A DNA stretch of 64,000 nucleotides from Actinomycetes bacterium (GTDB taxonomy: Bacteria > Actinomycetota > Actinomycetes > S36-B12), in the NCBI GenBank assembly GCA_024639145.1, contig JAHEIZ010000005.1, positions 4,717 to 68,716 on the forward strand, given 5' to 3'. The first letter of the stretch is position 1. Every line of letters starts with the position of its first letter. Made by a program: the position numbers and the translations under genes. Shown in pieces: positions 47,283 through 55,236 of this stretch. The notes below the pieces were generated by a model, which ran no database searches, was not told the DNA's origin, and saw only the letters and a program-made list of their open reading frames with translations.

Positions 47283-47729
47283 ATGAAGCTGATTCTGACT
47301 CAGGAAGTTTCCGGTCTCGGTATCGCAGGTGACGTCGTCACGGTGAAGGACGGCTACGCCCGTAACTTCCTCATGCCGCGTGGCTTCGCCACCCCGTGGA
47401 CCAAGGGCGGCGAGAAGCAGGTCGTCCAGATCAAGCGCGCCCGCAAGGTTCGCGAGATCCGCGATCTCGATCACGCTCAGGAAGTGAAGGCCCAGCTCGA
47501 AGGCCTGACCATCAAGCTCCCGGCCAAGGCCGGCGACGCAGGTCGACTCTTCGGCTCGGTCACCAGCGCCGATGTCGCCGCAGCCGTGAAGGCTGCCGGT
47601 GGCCCGGTGCTCGACAAGCGCAAGATCGAGATCACCAAGGCAATCAAGAGCGTCGGCAAGCACTCTGCAGTCGTGCAGATTCACGCCGGTGTCGTTGCCT
47701 CGGTCAAGTTCGAGGTTGTCGCCGCTTAA
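47283..47729 (+). CDS. rplI: 50S ribosomal protein L9
   Basis: [34 protein letters not shown].... Confidence 0.95.
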   Translation: MKLILTQEVSGLGIAGDVVTVKDGYARNFLMPRGFATPWTKGGEKQVVQIKRARKVREIRDLDHAQEVKAQLEGLTIKLPAKAGDAGRLFGSVTSADVAAAVKAAGGPVLDKRKIEITKAIKSVGKHSAVVQIHAGVVASVKFEVVAA

Positions 47730-47748
47730 TTGCAAAGACATTCACTCT

Positions 47749-47780
47749 GTTGGGACGCACTCGTTAGAGTGCGTCCCAAC
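47749..47780 (+). terminator. intrinsic terminator of rpsF-ssb-rpsR-rplI operon
   Basis: GTTGGGACGCACTC-gtta-GAGTGCGTCCCAAC, a perfect 14-bp stem followed by GAGTTTCT. Confidence 0.7.
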
Positions 47781-47799
47781 GAGTTTCTGAGGAGGAAAC

Positions 47800-48231
47800 A
47801 TGGGCTTCGGCGAAGCGATCAAGACCAATTTCAGCAAGTACGCGACCTTCAACGGTCGCGCGAGCCGCTCCGAATTCTGGTGGTGGGTTCTGTTCATCAA
47901 CATCGTGTCCGCGGTGCTGATGGTTATCGAGAATTCCACTGGTCTCAAGGTCGGAGCATCCACGACCGACTTCATCGTCAACGGTCAGGTCGTGCCGTTC
48001 GTGAACACCGGTTTCGGCGTGCTGTCGACCATCTGGGCGCTGGCCGTGCTGCTCCCGACACTCGCGGTCGCGATTCGCCGGCTTCACGATGCCGATCACT
48101 CCGGCTGGTGGGTGCTGTGGGGCGGCTTGCTCAGCATCATCTGCTGTGTCGGAGCAATCATCCTGTTCATCTTCTACGTGACCGGCTCCAAGCCCGCCAA
48201 CCGCTGGGGTCCGCCTGCCGGCACTGCGTAA
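47800..48231 (+). CDS. DUF805 family inner-membrane protein
   Basis: 143 aa. Contains FNGRASRSEFWWWVLF and RRLHDADHSGWWVLW. ATG follows GAGGAGGAAAC. Confidence 0.75.
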   Translation: MGFGEAIKTNFSKYATFNGRASRSEFWWWVLFINIVSAVLMVIENSTGLKVGASTTDFIVNGQVVPFVNTGFGVLSTIWALAVLLPTLAVAIRRLHDADHSGWWVLWGGLLSIICCVGAIILFIFYVTGSKPANRWGPPAGTA

Positions 48232-48245
48232 CACGAGATACGACA

Positions 48246-48277
48246 GTGAGGTCCAGGGCAGCTGCCCTGGACCTCAC
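48246..48277 (+). terminator. perfect 32-nt palindromic hairpin after the DUF805 gene
   Basis: GTGAGGTCCAGGGCAG/CTGCCCTGGACCTCAC, followed by TGCTGTCTT. Confidence 0.5.
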
Positions 48278-48294
48278 TGCTGTCTTAGGTGACC

Positions 48295-48426
48295 ATGAAG
48301 GCATCGATCGGCTGGCTTCAGCTGCTCCTGCTGGTTCCTTGCGCCAACATCGTCCTGCTGATCTTCTGGATCCTCGCGGGCACCGAGGGCGATAACGTCT
48401 ACGGCCCGAAGCCGACTAACGCGTAA
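48295..48426 (+). pseudogene. C-terminal remnant of a second DUF805 gene (43 codons), or an independent mini-protein
   Basis: MKASIGWLQLLLLVPCANIVLLIFWILAGTEGDNVYGPKPTNA matches only the last TM helix and the G..G.N.YGP tail of DUF805 proteins. An in-frame TAG lies at 48286. Confidence 0.4.
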
Positions 48427-48429
48427 GCG

Positions 48430-48936
48430 CTACTTCGCCGCTTCGATTCGAGCGGGCAGCTCGCGGACAAGTCCGTCGACTGCCCGCTCGATCATGTCGA
48501 GCACTAGGTCGAAGCCTTCTGAGCCGCCGTAGTAAGGATCCGGAACGTCGAGTTCGGGATCGGGCTCGGTGATGTCAGCAAGCGCCGGGTCGAAGGAGCG
48601 CAGCATGCGCAGCTCGCTGTGCGCATCGGTCTTCTCCATCAGCGTCTGCAGATTCGCGTAGTTGCTCGTGTCCATCGCCAGCACGAGATCGATCTGCTCG
48701 AACCAGTCATGGGTGATCTGCCGCGCGGTATGGCTGATGTCGTATCCGTGACGAGTCAGCGTCTCTACGCTGCGCGGGTCGGCGTCATGACCGATATGCC
48801 AGTCACCTGTGCCGGCGGAGTCCACCTCGACCAGATCTGCGAGGCCGGCCTTTTCCACCCTGTCCACGAGTACGACCTCGCCGATGGGGGAGCGACAGAT
48901 ATTGCCCAGGCAGACGACGGTAATCCGATAGGTCAT
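48430..48936 (-). CDS. low-molecular-weight protein-tyrosine phosphatase
   Basis: 168 aa with the P-loop VVCLGNICRSP (CX5R-S). Confidence 0.9.
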   Translation of the reverse strand: MTYRITVVCLGNICRSPIGEVVLVDRVEKAGLADLVEVDSAGTGDWHIGHDADPRSVETLTRHGYDISHTARQITHDWFEQIDLVLAMDTSNYANLQTLMEKTDAHSELRMLRSFDPALADITEPDPELDVPDPYYGGSEGFDLVLDMIERAVDGLVRELPARIEAAK

Positions 48937-49007
48937 GCGGCGAGAATACGGGGAAGTATTTTTCCTCCACAGCCTGTGGGCGGTAATCCCTCACGGCTAG
49001 GGCCCCA

Positions 49008-49101
49008 TGTGGACAAAAGGGGCAGGTCGTCCCCAGGGTGTCCCCAGGCTCGCCCCCAGAATCTGGGCGGATTCCCCATATTGTCCACAGGTTTGTCCAC
49101 A
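49008..49101. promoter_or_regulatory. DnaA-box cluster upstream of dnaB
   Basis: Perfect TTGTCCACA at 49081..49089 and 49093..49101, and inverted at 49008..49016. TCCCCA variants TCGTCCCCA at 49027..49035 and GTGTCCCCA at 49038..49046. Weaker matches at 49050..49058 and 49070..49078. Confidence 0.6.
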
Positions 49102-49197
49102 GGACACATGGACACTGGGTGCGGTGGTCCCTAGGTTCGTCATACCCCCAGGAGACACTGAGTGGGTCATGGGCAATCACGAGCGGGAGGGGCAGTC

Positions 49198-50571
49198 ATG
49201 AGCGTGGCCGAACTCCACCCCGGTGAACGCGAGCCGTACGACCGCGAACCCGGCCCCGATCGCACTCCCCCCAATGACATCGCTGCCGAGCAGTCGGTTA
49301 TCGGCGCCATGCTCCTGTCCAAGGATGCCATTGCCGATGTCGTCGAGCTCGTGCGCGAGGGTGACTTCTACCGGCCCAACCACCAGATCATCTACGGCAC
49401 GATCCTCGACCTCTACGGCAAGGGTGAGCCGGCTGATGCCGTGACAGTTGCTGCAGAGCTCGGTCGCATCGGTGAGCTCTCGCGTATCGGCGGTGCCAAC
49501 TACCTTCACACCCTCGTCTCGATGGTGCCCACAGCCGCGAACGCGAACTACTACGGCCGCATCGTGCGCGAGCAGGCGATCCTTCGTCGTCTTGTCGAGG
49601 CCGGCACGCGCATTGTCAGCATGGGTTACGGCGGCCAGGGCGATGTCGACGAAATGGTCGACCGCGCGCAGGCCGAGGTCTACGACGTCACTGATCGGCG
49701 CACTGCCGAGGATTACGTCCCGCTGCGCGACATCATGGGCGATGCGCTCAATGAGATCGAGGCGATCTCCAATCGCGGTGGCGAGATGGTCGGCGTTCCC
49801 ACCGGTTTCACTGATCTCGATCAGCTCACCAATGGCTTGCATCCCGGCCAGCTGATCATTCTTGCTGCGCGTCCCGCGATAGGAAAGTCCACCCTAGGTG
49901 TGGATATTGCACGAACCGCATCGATCAAGCACGGTTTGACCAGCGTCATCTTCTCCCTGGAAATGAGCCGCAACGAGATCGTCATGCGTCTGCTCTCTGC
50001 CGAGGCGCAGGTTCCGCTGCATCACATGCGCGCTGGCACGATGAGCGATGCCGACTGGGCGAAGCTCGCGAACAAGATGGGCGTTGTCAGCGAGGCACCG
50101 CTGTTCATTGATGACTCGCCGAATATGACCCTGATGGAAATTCGCGCGAAGTGCCGCCGCTTGAAGCAGCGTCACGATCTTCGCCTTGTTGTCGTGGATT
50201 ACCTGCAGCTGATGACTTCCGGCAAGAAGGTCGAGAGCCGTCAGCAGGAAGTCTCCGAGTTCTCGCGTTCGCTCAAGCTACTTGCCAAGGAGCTCGAAGT
50301 TCCGGTCATCGCAATCTCCCAGCTCAACCGTGGCCCCGAGCAGCGCACCGACAAGCGCCCCATGCTCTCCGACCTTCGAGAGTCCGGTTCACTCGAGCAA
50401 GACGCCGACATGGTCGTGCTGCTGCACCGCGAGGATGCCTATGAGCGTGAATCACCGCGTGCCGGCGAAGCAGACTTCATCGTGGCCAAGCACCGTAATG
50501 GCCCCACGGCAACGGTGACCGTTGCCTTCCAGGGCCATTACTCGCGCTTCGTGGATATGGCGCAGATCTAA
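49198..50571 (+). CDS. dnaB: replicative DNA helicase DnaB
   Basis: ATG 49198 follows GGGAGGGG. Contains PPNDIAAEQSVIGAMLLS and Walker A ARPAIGKST. About 457 aa, so no intein. Confidence 0.95.
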   Translation: MSVAELHPGEREPYDREPGPDRTPPNDIAAEQSVIGAMLLSKDAIADVVELVREGDFYRPNHQIIYGTILDLYGKGEPADAVTVAAELGRIGELSRIGGANYLHTLVSMVPTAANANYYGRIVREQAILRRLVEAGTRIVSMGYGGQGDVDEMVDRAQAEVYDVTDRRTAEDYVPLRDIMGDALNEIEAISNRGGEMVGVPTGFTDLDQLTNGLHPGQLIILAARPAIGKSTLGVDIARTASIKHGLTSVIFSLEMSRNEIVMRLLSAEAQVPLHHMRAGTMSDADWAKLANKMGVVSEAPLFIDDSPNMTLMEIRAKCRRLKQRHDLRLVVVDYLQLMTSGKKVESRQQEVSEFSRSLKLLAKELEVPVIAISQLNRGPEQRTDKRPMLSDLRESGSLEQDADMVVLLHREDAYERESPRAGEADFIVAKHRNGPTATVTVAFQGHYSRFVDMAQI

Positions 50572-50600
50572 GAGAACTGCGGAAACATGCGGCAGTCGAG

Positions 50601-51233
50601 CTAGTTCGAGCTGCCCGCTCCGACCAATTCCTTCTCCTGCGCTGCTGGAGTTGTGGTCACCACCGATCGACGTGACTCTCGCTTCGTGAAATATCCGCGG
50701 GGGATCCAGCCACGTGCCGTGAGAAGCAGAACGATGACGAGAGTTACCGAGCCGATCAGCATGAGGGAGGCTGGCACCAGGGCATCGGTCCCGGCCATCA
50801 CGTAGTGAGCGGTAGCAAGCGGCCAGGCGGCGTAAGCGATGAGGTGCGTGCGGTTGAACCATGTCGCACCCGACTTGCCCATGCGAGCACGAACGCGTGC
50901 GATGAGCTGCACCGGCACCATGAGGTAGGCGGCGATGATCCCGGCCGCGAGCGCCAGGGGCTTCCACGATGCCGTGAATGGAATGAGTGCATTTGCCCAG
51001 GTGAAGTGAAGCGTGGGATCGAGAATCACGGTCACGAGGTGAATCGCGAGCGTCACAAGCGCGAGTGAACCGAGGTACTTATGCATGTTCATCAGTCGAA
51101 CAGGCGAACCGGCGGGCAGGATACGCGTGCGCAGTAGCAGGCCCCACATGATCGTTGCTGACAGCAAGGTCCATGCGGTGATGCCGCTGGCCCGCATCGC
51201 GAACCACATCCAAGGAAGATTGGACGACATCAC
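50601..51233 (-). CDS. stand-alone ferric-reductase-domain (FRD) bis-heme membrane protein
   Basis: About 210 aa with six hydrophobic segments. His pairs HKYLGSLALVTLAIH (H-x13-H) and HLIAYAAWPLATAH (H-x12-H) have the spacing of the NOX/FRE heme ligands. Confidence 0.65.
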   Translation of the reverse strand: MMSSNLPWMWFAMRASGITAWTLLSATIMWGLLLRTRILPAGSPVRLMNMHKYLGSLALVTLAIHLVTVILDPTLHFTWANALIPFTASWKPLALAAGIIAAYLMVPVQLIARVRARMGKSGATWFNRTHLIAYAAWPLATAHYVMAGTDALVPASLMLIGSVTLVIVLLLTARGWIPRGYFTKRESRRSVVTTTPAAQEKELVGAGSSN

Positions 51234-51592
51234 GAGCCCTTCGTGGTGGCCTGGGGCGCATTGACGGTGCGCTGCGGCGCGGTGACAGACGGCTGCGACT
51301 TAGTGCGCTGCGAGCCCGAATACTTCGAGGCCTTGCCGCCCAACTTCGCCTTGTAACTGGCCACCTGGGCGTCGTAACTGGCCTGGGTGCCCGCTGCAGC
51401 GTTGGTGCTCGAGGAGGTGCCCGAGACTGACGTTCCTGTGGCCGGGCTAGCGGAGGCGACCTGAGCGGTCTGGAAGGCGAGCAGGCCGGCGATGCCAGCC
51501 ATGGCCCCCACGGCCAGGGCGGAGGAAACCACCTTGTCCTTGGTCGACGGGCCGCGTCCATTCCCCTTGGCTCTGCGTGCTGCGCTCATCAT
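51230..51592 (-). CDS. hypothetical single-pass protein with Ser/Thr/Ala-rich ectodomain
   Basis: 120 aa with a basic N-terminus, a TM segment VVSSALAVGAMAGIAGLLAF and a low-complexity tail. The stop overlaps the start of the FRD gene. SD is GGGAG. Confidence 0.45.
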   Translation of the reverse strand: MMSAARRAKGNGRGPSTKDKVVSSALAVGAMAGIAGLLAFQTAQVASASPATGTSVSGTSSSTNAAAGTQASYDAQVASYKAKLGGKASKYSGSQRTKSQPSVTAPQRTVNAPQATTKGS

Positions 51593-51744
51593 CTCTCCCT
51601 CGTGCTGGCCACCGTGCGTGACCTGATTTCCTGTTACGTCAGTTATAGGTCGGGAGCCATTCGACTAAACCCCAGGAATGGATAAGCGCAGGTAAGGGAA
51701 TCGGTCTGAGTCAGGGCGGATATCCTCACGAGAAGTCCGATTCC

Positions 51745-52389
51745 ATGAGGGGAACCACCGTGCAGACCGTCGATCAGAGCCTTGACCAGCTGGTCGAACG
51801 CGCTCGCTCTCTCGCGACCCCCGGCACTCGGACGATCCTCGGAATCACGGGCTCACCTGGAGCCGGTAAGTCGACTGTGGCCGAGGCCCTGCTGGCCGGC
51901 CTGGGCGATCTCGCCGTTCTCGTACCGATGGACGGCTACCACCTCGCGAATGAGGTGCTGCTCGATCTCGGCCGCCGCGACCGCAAGGGCGCACCCGATA
52001 CCTTCGATGCTGCCGGCTACGTCGCACTGCTCGAGCGCCTCCGCAATCAACGCGATGAGGTGGTCTACGCACCGCGTTTCCTGCGTGAGATCGAGGAGCC
52101 CATTGCCAATTCGATCGCCGTGCACCGCTCAACGCCACTGATCATCACGGAGGGCAATTACCTGCTCGTCGACGATGGTGATTTCGCTCGCGTGCGCCCG
52201 CTCATCGACGAGGCCTGGTTCCTGGTGCCCGACGATGCGGTGCGACAGGAGCGTCTCATCGCGCGGCATATGTCGTACGGCAAGGACCCTGAAGCGGCGC
52301 GCGCCTGGGCGCTGGGCACTGATGAAGTGAATGCTCGCCTTGTTGCTGCGACGGCCACTCACGCCGATCACGTCATTCGCGTGATCTGA
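51745..52389 (+). CDS. P-loop nucleoside/nucleotide kinase family protein
   Basis: Walker A GITGSPGAGKST. About 214 aa. Resembles uridine/pantothenate-kinase-like small kinases. Confidence 0.7.
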   Translation: MRGTTVQTVDQSLDQLVERARSLATPGTRTILGITGSPGAGKSTVAEALLAGLGDLAVLVPMDGYHLANEVLLDLGRRDRKGAPDTFDAAGYVALLERLRNQRDEVVYAPRFLREIEEPIANSIAVHRSTPLIITEGNYLLVDDGDFARVRPLIDEAWFLVPDDAVRQERLIARHMSYGKDPEAARAWALGTDEVNARLVAATATHADHVIRVI

Positions 52390-52494
52390 TCCGGGCCTTT
52401 GGTCCCGAGCGACTCAGGTCTTTCAGGTGACCGACTCGCAGTAGTTCGCGGCGGAGAATTGGGCAAGCAGATCACTGCTTCCCCGGGAGGACCA

Positions 52495-53259
52495 ATGTCG
52501 CACTACAGAATGCCGATCCTGGAAGAGACGGGCTACGCCGTTCTCGATTCCCATGGCCGCGTCATGGATCAGGCCGAGTGGATGACGTTGGAGTACGTTG
52601 ACTGGAAATCCTCGGGCGACACGCGCTTCGCTCCGATTGCGAGCGCACAGGGCCAGATCGAATGCAATGGCTTCTGGCACGCGAAGCCGCCGAAGGCGGA
52701 TAAGGACGGTGTCTGGATTCCTTCGCAGGTAGATCGTGCGCCGACTCTCGTGGAGCGTGCTCGAGAGGCGAGTGCGAATATCGGCCGCTGCCGCGTAATC
52801 GAGCTGCAGCCCAATAGCTATGCCGATGCCCTCTACAACTCGCATCTTGATGACAACAATCGCCTCAACCCCGAGGGAGAGGGATGGGTCGTGCGCTGCT
52901 TCATGCAGCTCTCGGACAACCCCGACTCGTACATGATCTTGCGCGAGGACATCGATGATCCGAGTACCGAGACGCGCATTGCGCTACCGGCAGGCGCTCA
53001 GTTGATCGTCGACTCCGAGCGCATGTGGCACTCGGTGTGGCACCAGGGAGTCGATCCACGGTACTGCCTGATCACGTCGTACGAGTCAGGGCCGGAACTC
53101 GAGAAGTGGTTGTGGGAGCTCAACCCGGTCAACCGCGTCGAGTCGGCACCCATTGATGACGAGTACGCAGCGGCTTCGGAGGTAGAGGCCCAGACGCGGC
53201 GATCGGGCCGCACCGAGTTTTACGGATACGACCCGACCGACGTGCGCTCTGAGGCCTAG
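52495..53259 (+). CDS. hypothetical protein, possible cupin / aspartyl-asparaginyl beta-hydroxylase-like fold
   Basis: ATG 52495 follows GGGAGGA. HxD (NSHLDD) and a downstream His (MWHSVWH) about 60 residues apart resemble a 2-His-1-carboxylate triad. The function is an inference. Confidence 0.5.
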   Translation: MSHYRMPILEETGYAVLDSHGRVMDQAEWMTLEYVDWKSSGDTRFAPIASAQGQIECNGFWHAKPPKADKDGVWIPSQVDRAPTLVERAREASANIGRCRVIELQPNSYADALYNSHLDDNNRLNPEGEGWVVRCFMQLSDNPDSYMILREDIDDPSTETRIALPAGAQLIVDSERMWHSVWHQGVDPRYCLITSYESGPELEKWLWELNPVNRVESAPIDDEYAAASEVEAQTRRSGRTEFYGYDPTDVRSEA

Positions 53260-53708
53260 CTGGGGTTGACGGTGATCGTCACCTTCTTGATCTTCTTGCC
53301 GCCATTCTCGACCGCATCGTCGTAGACCTTGACGATGGCGGTACCCGGGGCGATGGCGCGGAAGCCCACGACGGTGCTGTTGTCGGCGGGAAGAATCTCG
53401 ACGACCGCGGGATCACTCGAGATGGCCGTGAAGTTCCCGTTCTTGGCGTACTCGTAGGCAGGGAACACGGCGATCTGGCGCGGGATCATCTCGATGGTCT
53501 TCGTCTTCTTCTTGACCATGATTGGGGCCCAGGTCGCGGGATCGTCGCCGACGATGGGCGCAGCCGAACTGCTCGCGATGGCCGAGGCCGCGGGGGAGGC
53601 AGCCGTGGAAGCCTCCGAGCTGCTGGAGCCCCCGCCACAGGCGGCGAGCGTGGCCGTGGCGAGCAGCGCAACGGCAGATGCTGAGATGAGCTTGGCAGGT
53701 GTACGCAT
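53256..53708 (-). CDS. lipoprotein with bacterial Ig-like (Big_2-like) domain
   Basis: Lipobox LATATLAACGG and a Ser/Ala linker. Contains ISSDPAVVEILPADNSTVVGFRAIAPGTAIVKVYD. SD is GAGGAG. Confidence 0.65.
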   Translation of the reverse strand: MRTPAKLISASAVALLATATLAACGGGSSSSEASTAASPAASAIASSSAAPIVGDDPATWAPIMVKKKTKTIEMIPRQIAVFPAYEYAKNGNFTAISSDPAVVEILPADNSTVVGFRAIAPGTAIVKVYDDAVENGGKKIKKVTITVNPS

Positions 53709-53813
53709 TCGGGACTCCTCAGGTCAGCCGCAGGTAATGCGGCACTAGTCGAATGGTCCCCTGTTCACGGGTTAAGCCGTGCGACGACACGCAGGCTTTA
53801 CCCACGTCGAACC

Positions 53814-54350
53814 TCAATGGGTCAAGAAGAGCTCGACCACGAGGACGAGCAGGCCGAGGAGTGCGTAGCCGCAGCCGAAGACCACTTGCCTGCCGACAGG
53901 AAGCTGAGCGCGTCGCCCGGCGTAGAAGCCCCACCAGAAAAGCGAGATGAACAGCGCAATCAGGATCACCCAGGTCGTGAAGCCCGCGTCCCAGCCGAAC
54001 AATGTTGCAATAAGGGCGAAGATCACCGGACCGATGCAGGGATAGAGGTACTGCATGTTCACGATGAATACGTGACGCCTGTCGTGCTTGGTCAGCCGAC
54101 GATGGAAGCGAATCTGTAGATCAAGGGCTTCGGAGAACGCGTGGGCCATTGCCAGCGCGAAAAGTGGAGCGACCAGCACTGCTGTCACCCGGCGGAACAT
54201 GTACCAGGTCATCTCACCAGTGCCTTCATTGAAGACAGTGAGGGCAGTGACCATGATGATCGTCGCGTAGATGGCGGCGCGAGGATCAACGCGAATCGGG
54301 CCGATGCGCAGGCGTGGATCCTCGTGCGGTGAGTCGAAGTCGTCAGACAT
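53814..54350 (-). CDS. hypothetical integral membrane protein
   Basis: 178 aa with four or five hydrophobic helices. The start overlaps the stop of the upstream serine hydrolase by 8 nt. Confidence 0.55.
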   Translation of the reverse strand: MSDDFDSPHEDPRLRIGPIRVDPRAAIYATIIMVTALTVFNEGTGEMTWYMFRRVTAVLVAPLFALAMAHAFSEALDLQIRFHRRLTKHDRRHVFIVNMQYLYPCIGPVIFALIATLFGWDAGFTTWVILIALFISLFWWGFYAGRRAQLPVGRQVVFGCGYALLGLLVLVVELFLTH

Positions 54351-55158
54351 GTGCGCTGTACTCCCGAATCACGGCGTCGCTCAGAGGCGGCCAGTTCTCC
54401 ATCGCCCAGGGCCCGAAGTCAGTGTCGGAGAGACTCACGCAGGCGAGATCGTGTGCGGGATCGACCCACAGGAATGAGCCTGACTGCCCGAAGTGGCCGA
54501 AGGTGTGCGCGGAATTGAGGGTGCCAGTCCAGTGCGGATCCTTGCCGTCACGAATCTCGAAGCCCAGACCCCAGTCGTTGGGAGTCTGGCGTCCATACGA
54601 GGGCAGGATGCCGGCAACTCCGGGGAACTGCACCGTGGTGGCCTCGTCGAGAAGTGCGGGATCCAGCACCTGCGGATCAAGGAGCTCGCGGGCAAGAAGC
54701 GCGAGGTCGTCGACAGTGCCGGTCATGTCCTTGGCCGGGGAACCGTTCAACACCGTATTGCGCATTCCGAGGGGCGTCAGGATGCGCTCATGCACACGCC
54801 GGGCGAGGGGAACCCCGGTGCGCTGCTCGAAGAACTCGCCGGCAGTCTCGATGCCGCGGTTCGAGTAGATGCGTCGGGTCCCGGCCGCTGCCAACTGGCG
54901 GTCATCATCGAAGTTCAGCCCGGAGGAGTGCGCCAGCAGATGCCGCAGGGTCGACCCTTCAGGACCGGCAGGCTCATCGAGATCGAGCTCGCCCGCGTGA
55001 ACCGCATCGAGGATGCCCAGGACGGCGATCGGCTTGGTCACGGAGGCGAATCGGCGCACGACATCGGAGCCGCTCGAGGATGCACGAGTGCCCTCGGGGC
55101 CGATCACCGCGACTGCTGCCTGCACCGGCCAGGTGCCCACGATGGCGTCGAGATTCAC
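54343..55158 (-). CDS. serine hydrolase, beta-lactamase/transpeptidase-like family
   Basis: SxxK (SVTK) and YxN (YSN) motifs. Start assigned to GTG 55158 (VNLDAIVG...). The track ORF extends to 55344. Confidence 0.75.
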   Translation of the reverse strand: MNLDAIVGTWPVQAAVAVIGPEGTRASSSGSDVVRRFASVTKPIAVLGILDAVHAGELDLDEPAGPEGSTLRHLLAHSSGLNFDDDRQLAAAGTRRIYSNRGIETAGEFFEQRTGVPLARRVHERILTPLGMRNTVLNGSPAKDMTGTVDDLALLARELLDPQVLDPALLDEATTVQFPGVAGILPSYGRQTPNDWGLGFEIRDGKDPHWTGTLNSAHTFGHFGQSGSFLWVDPAHDLACVSLSDTDFGPWAMENWPPLSDAVIREYSAHV

Positions 55159-55236
55159 GTCTCGACGATATCGCGAGCGTCGGCACACGAGAGTGGGCGG
55201 ATCTTGATTGGATGGGAGCAACAGGAATGAGGAGAG

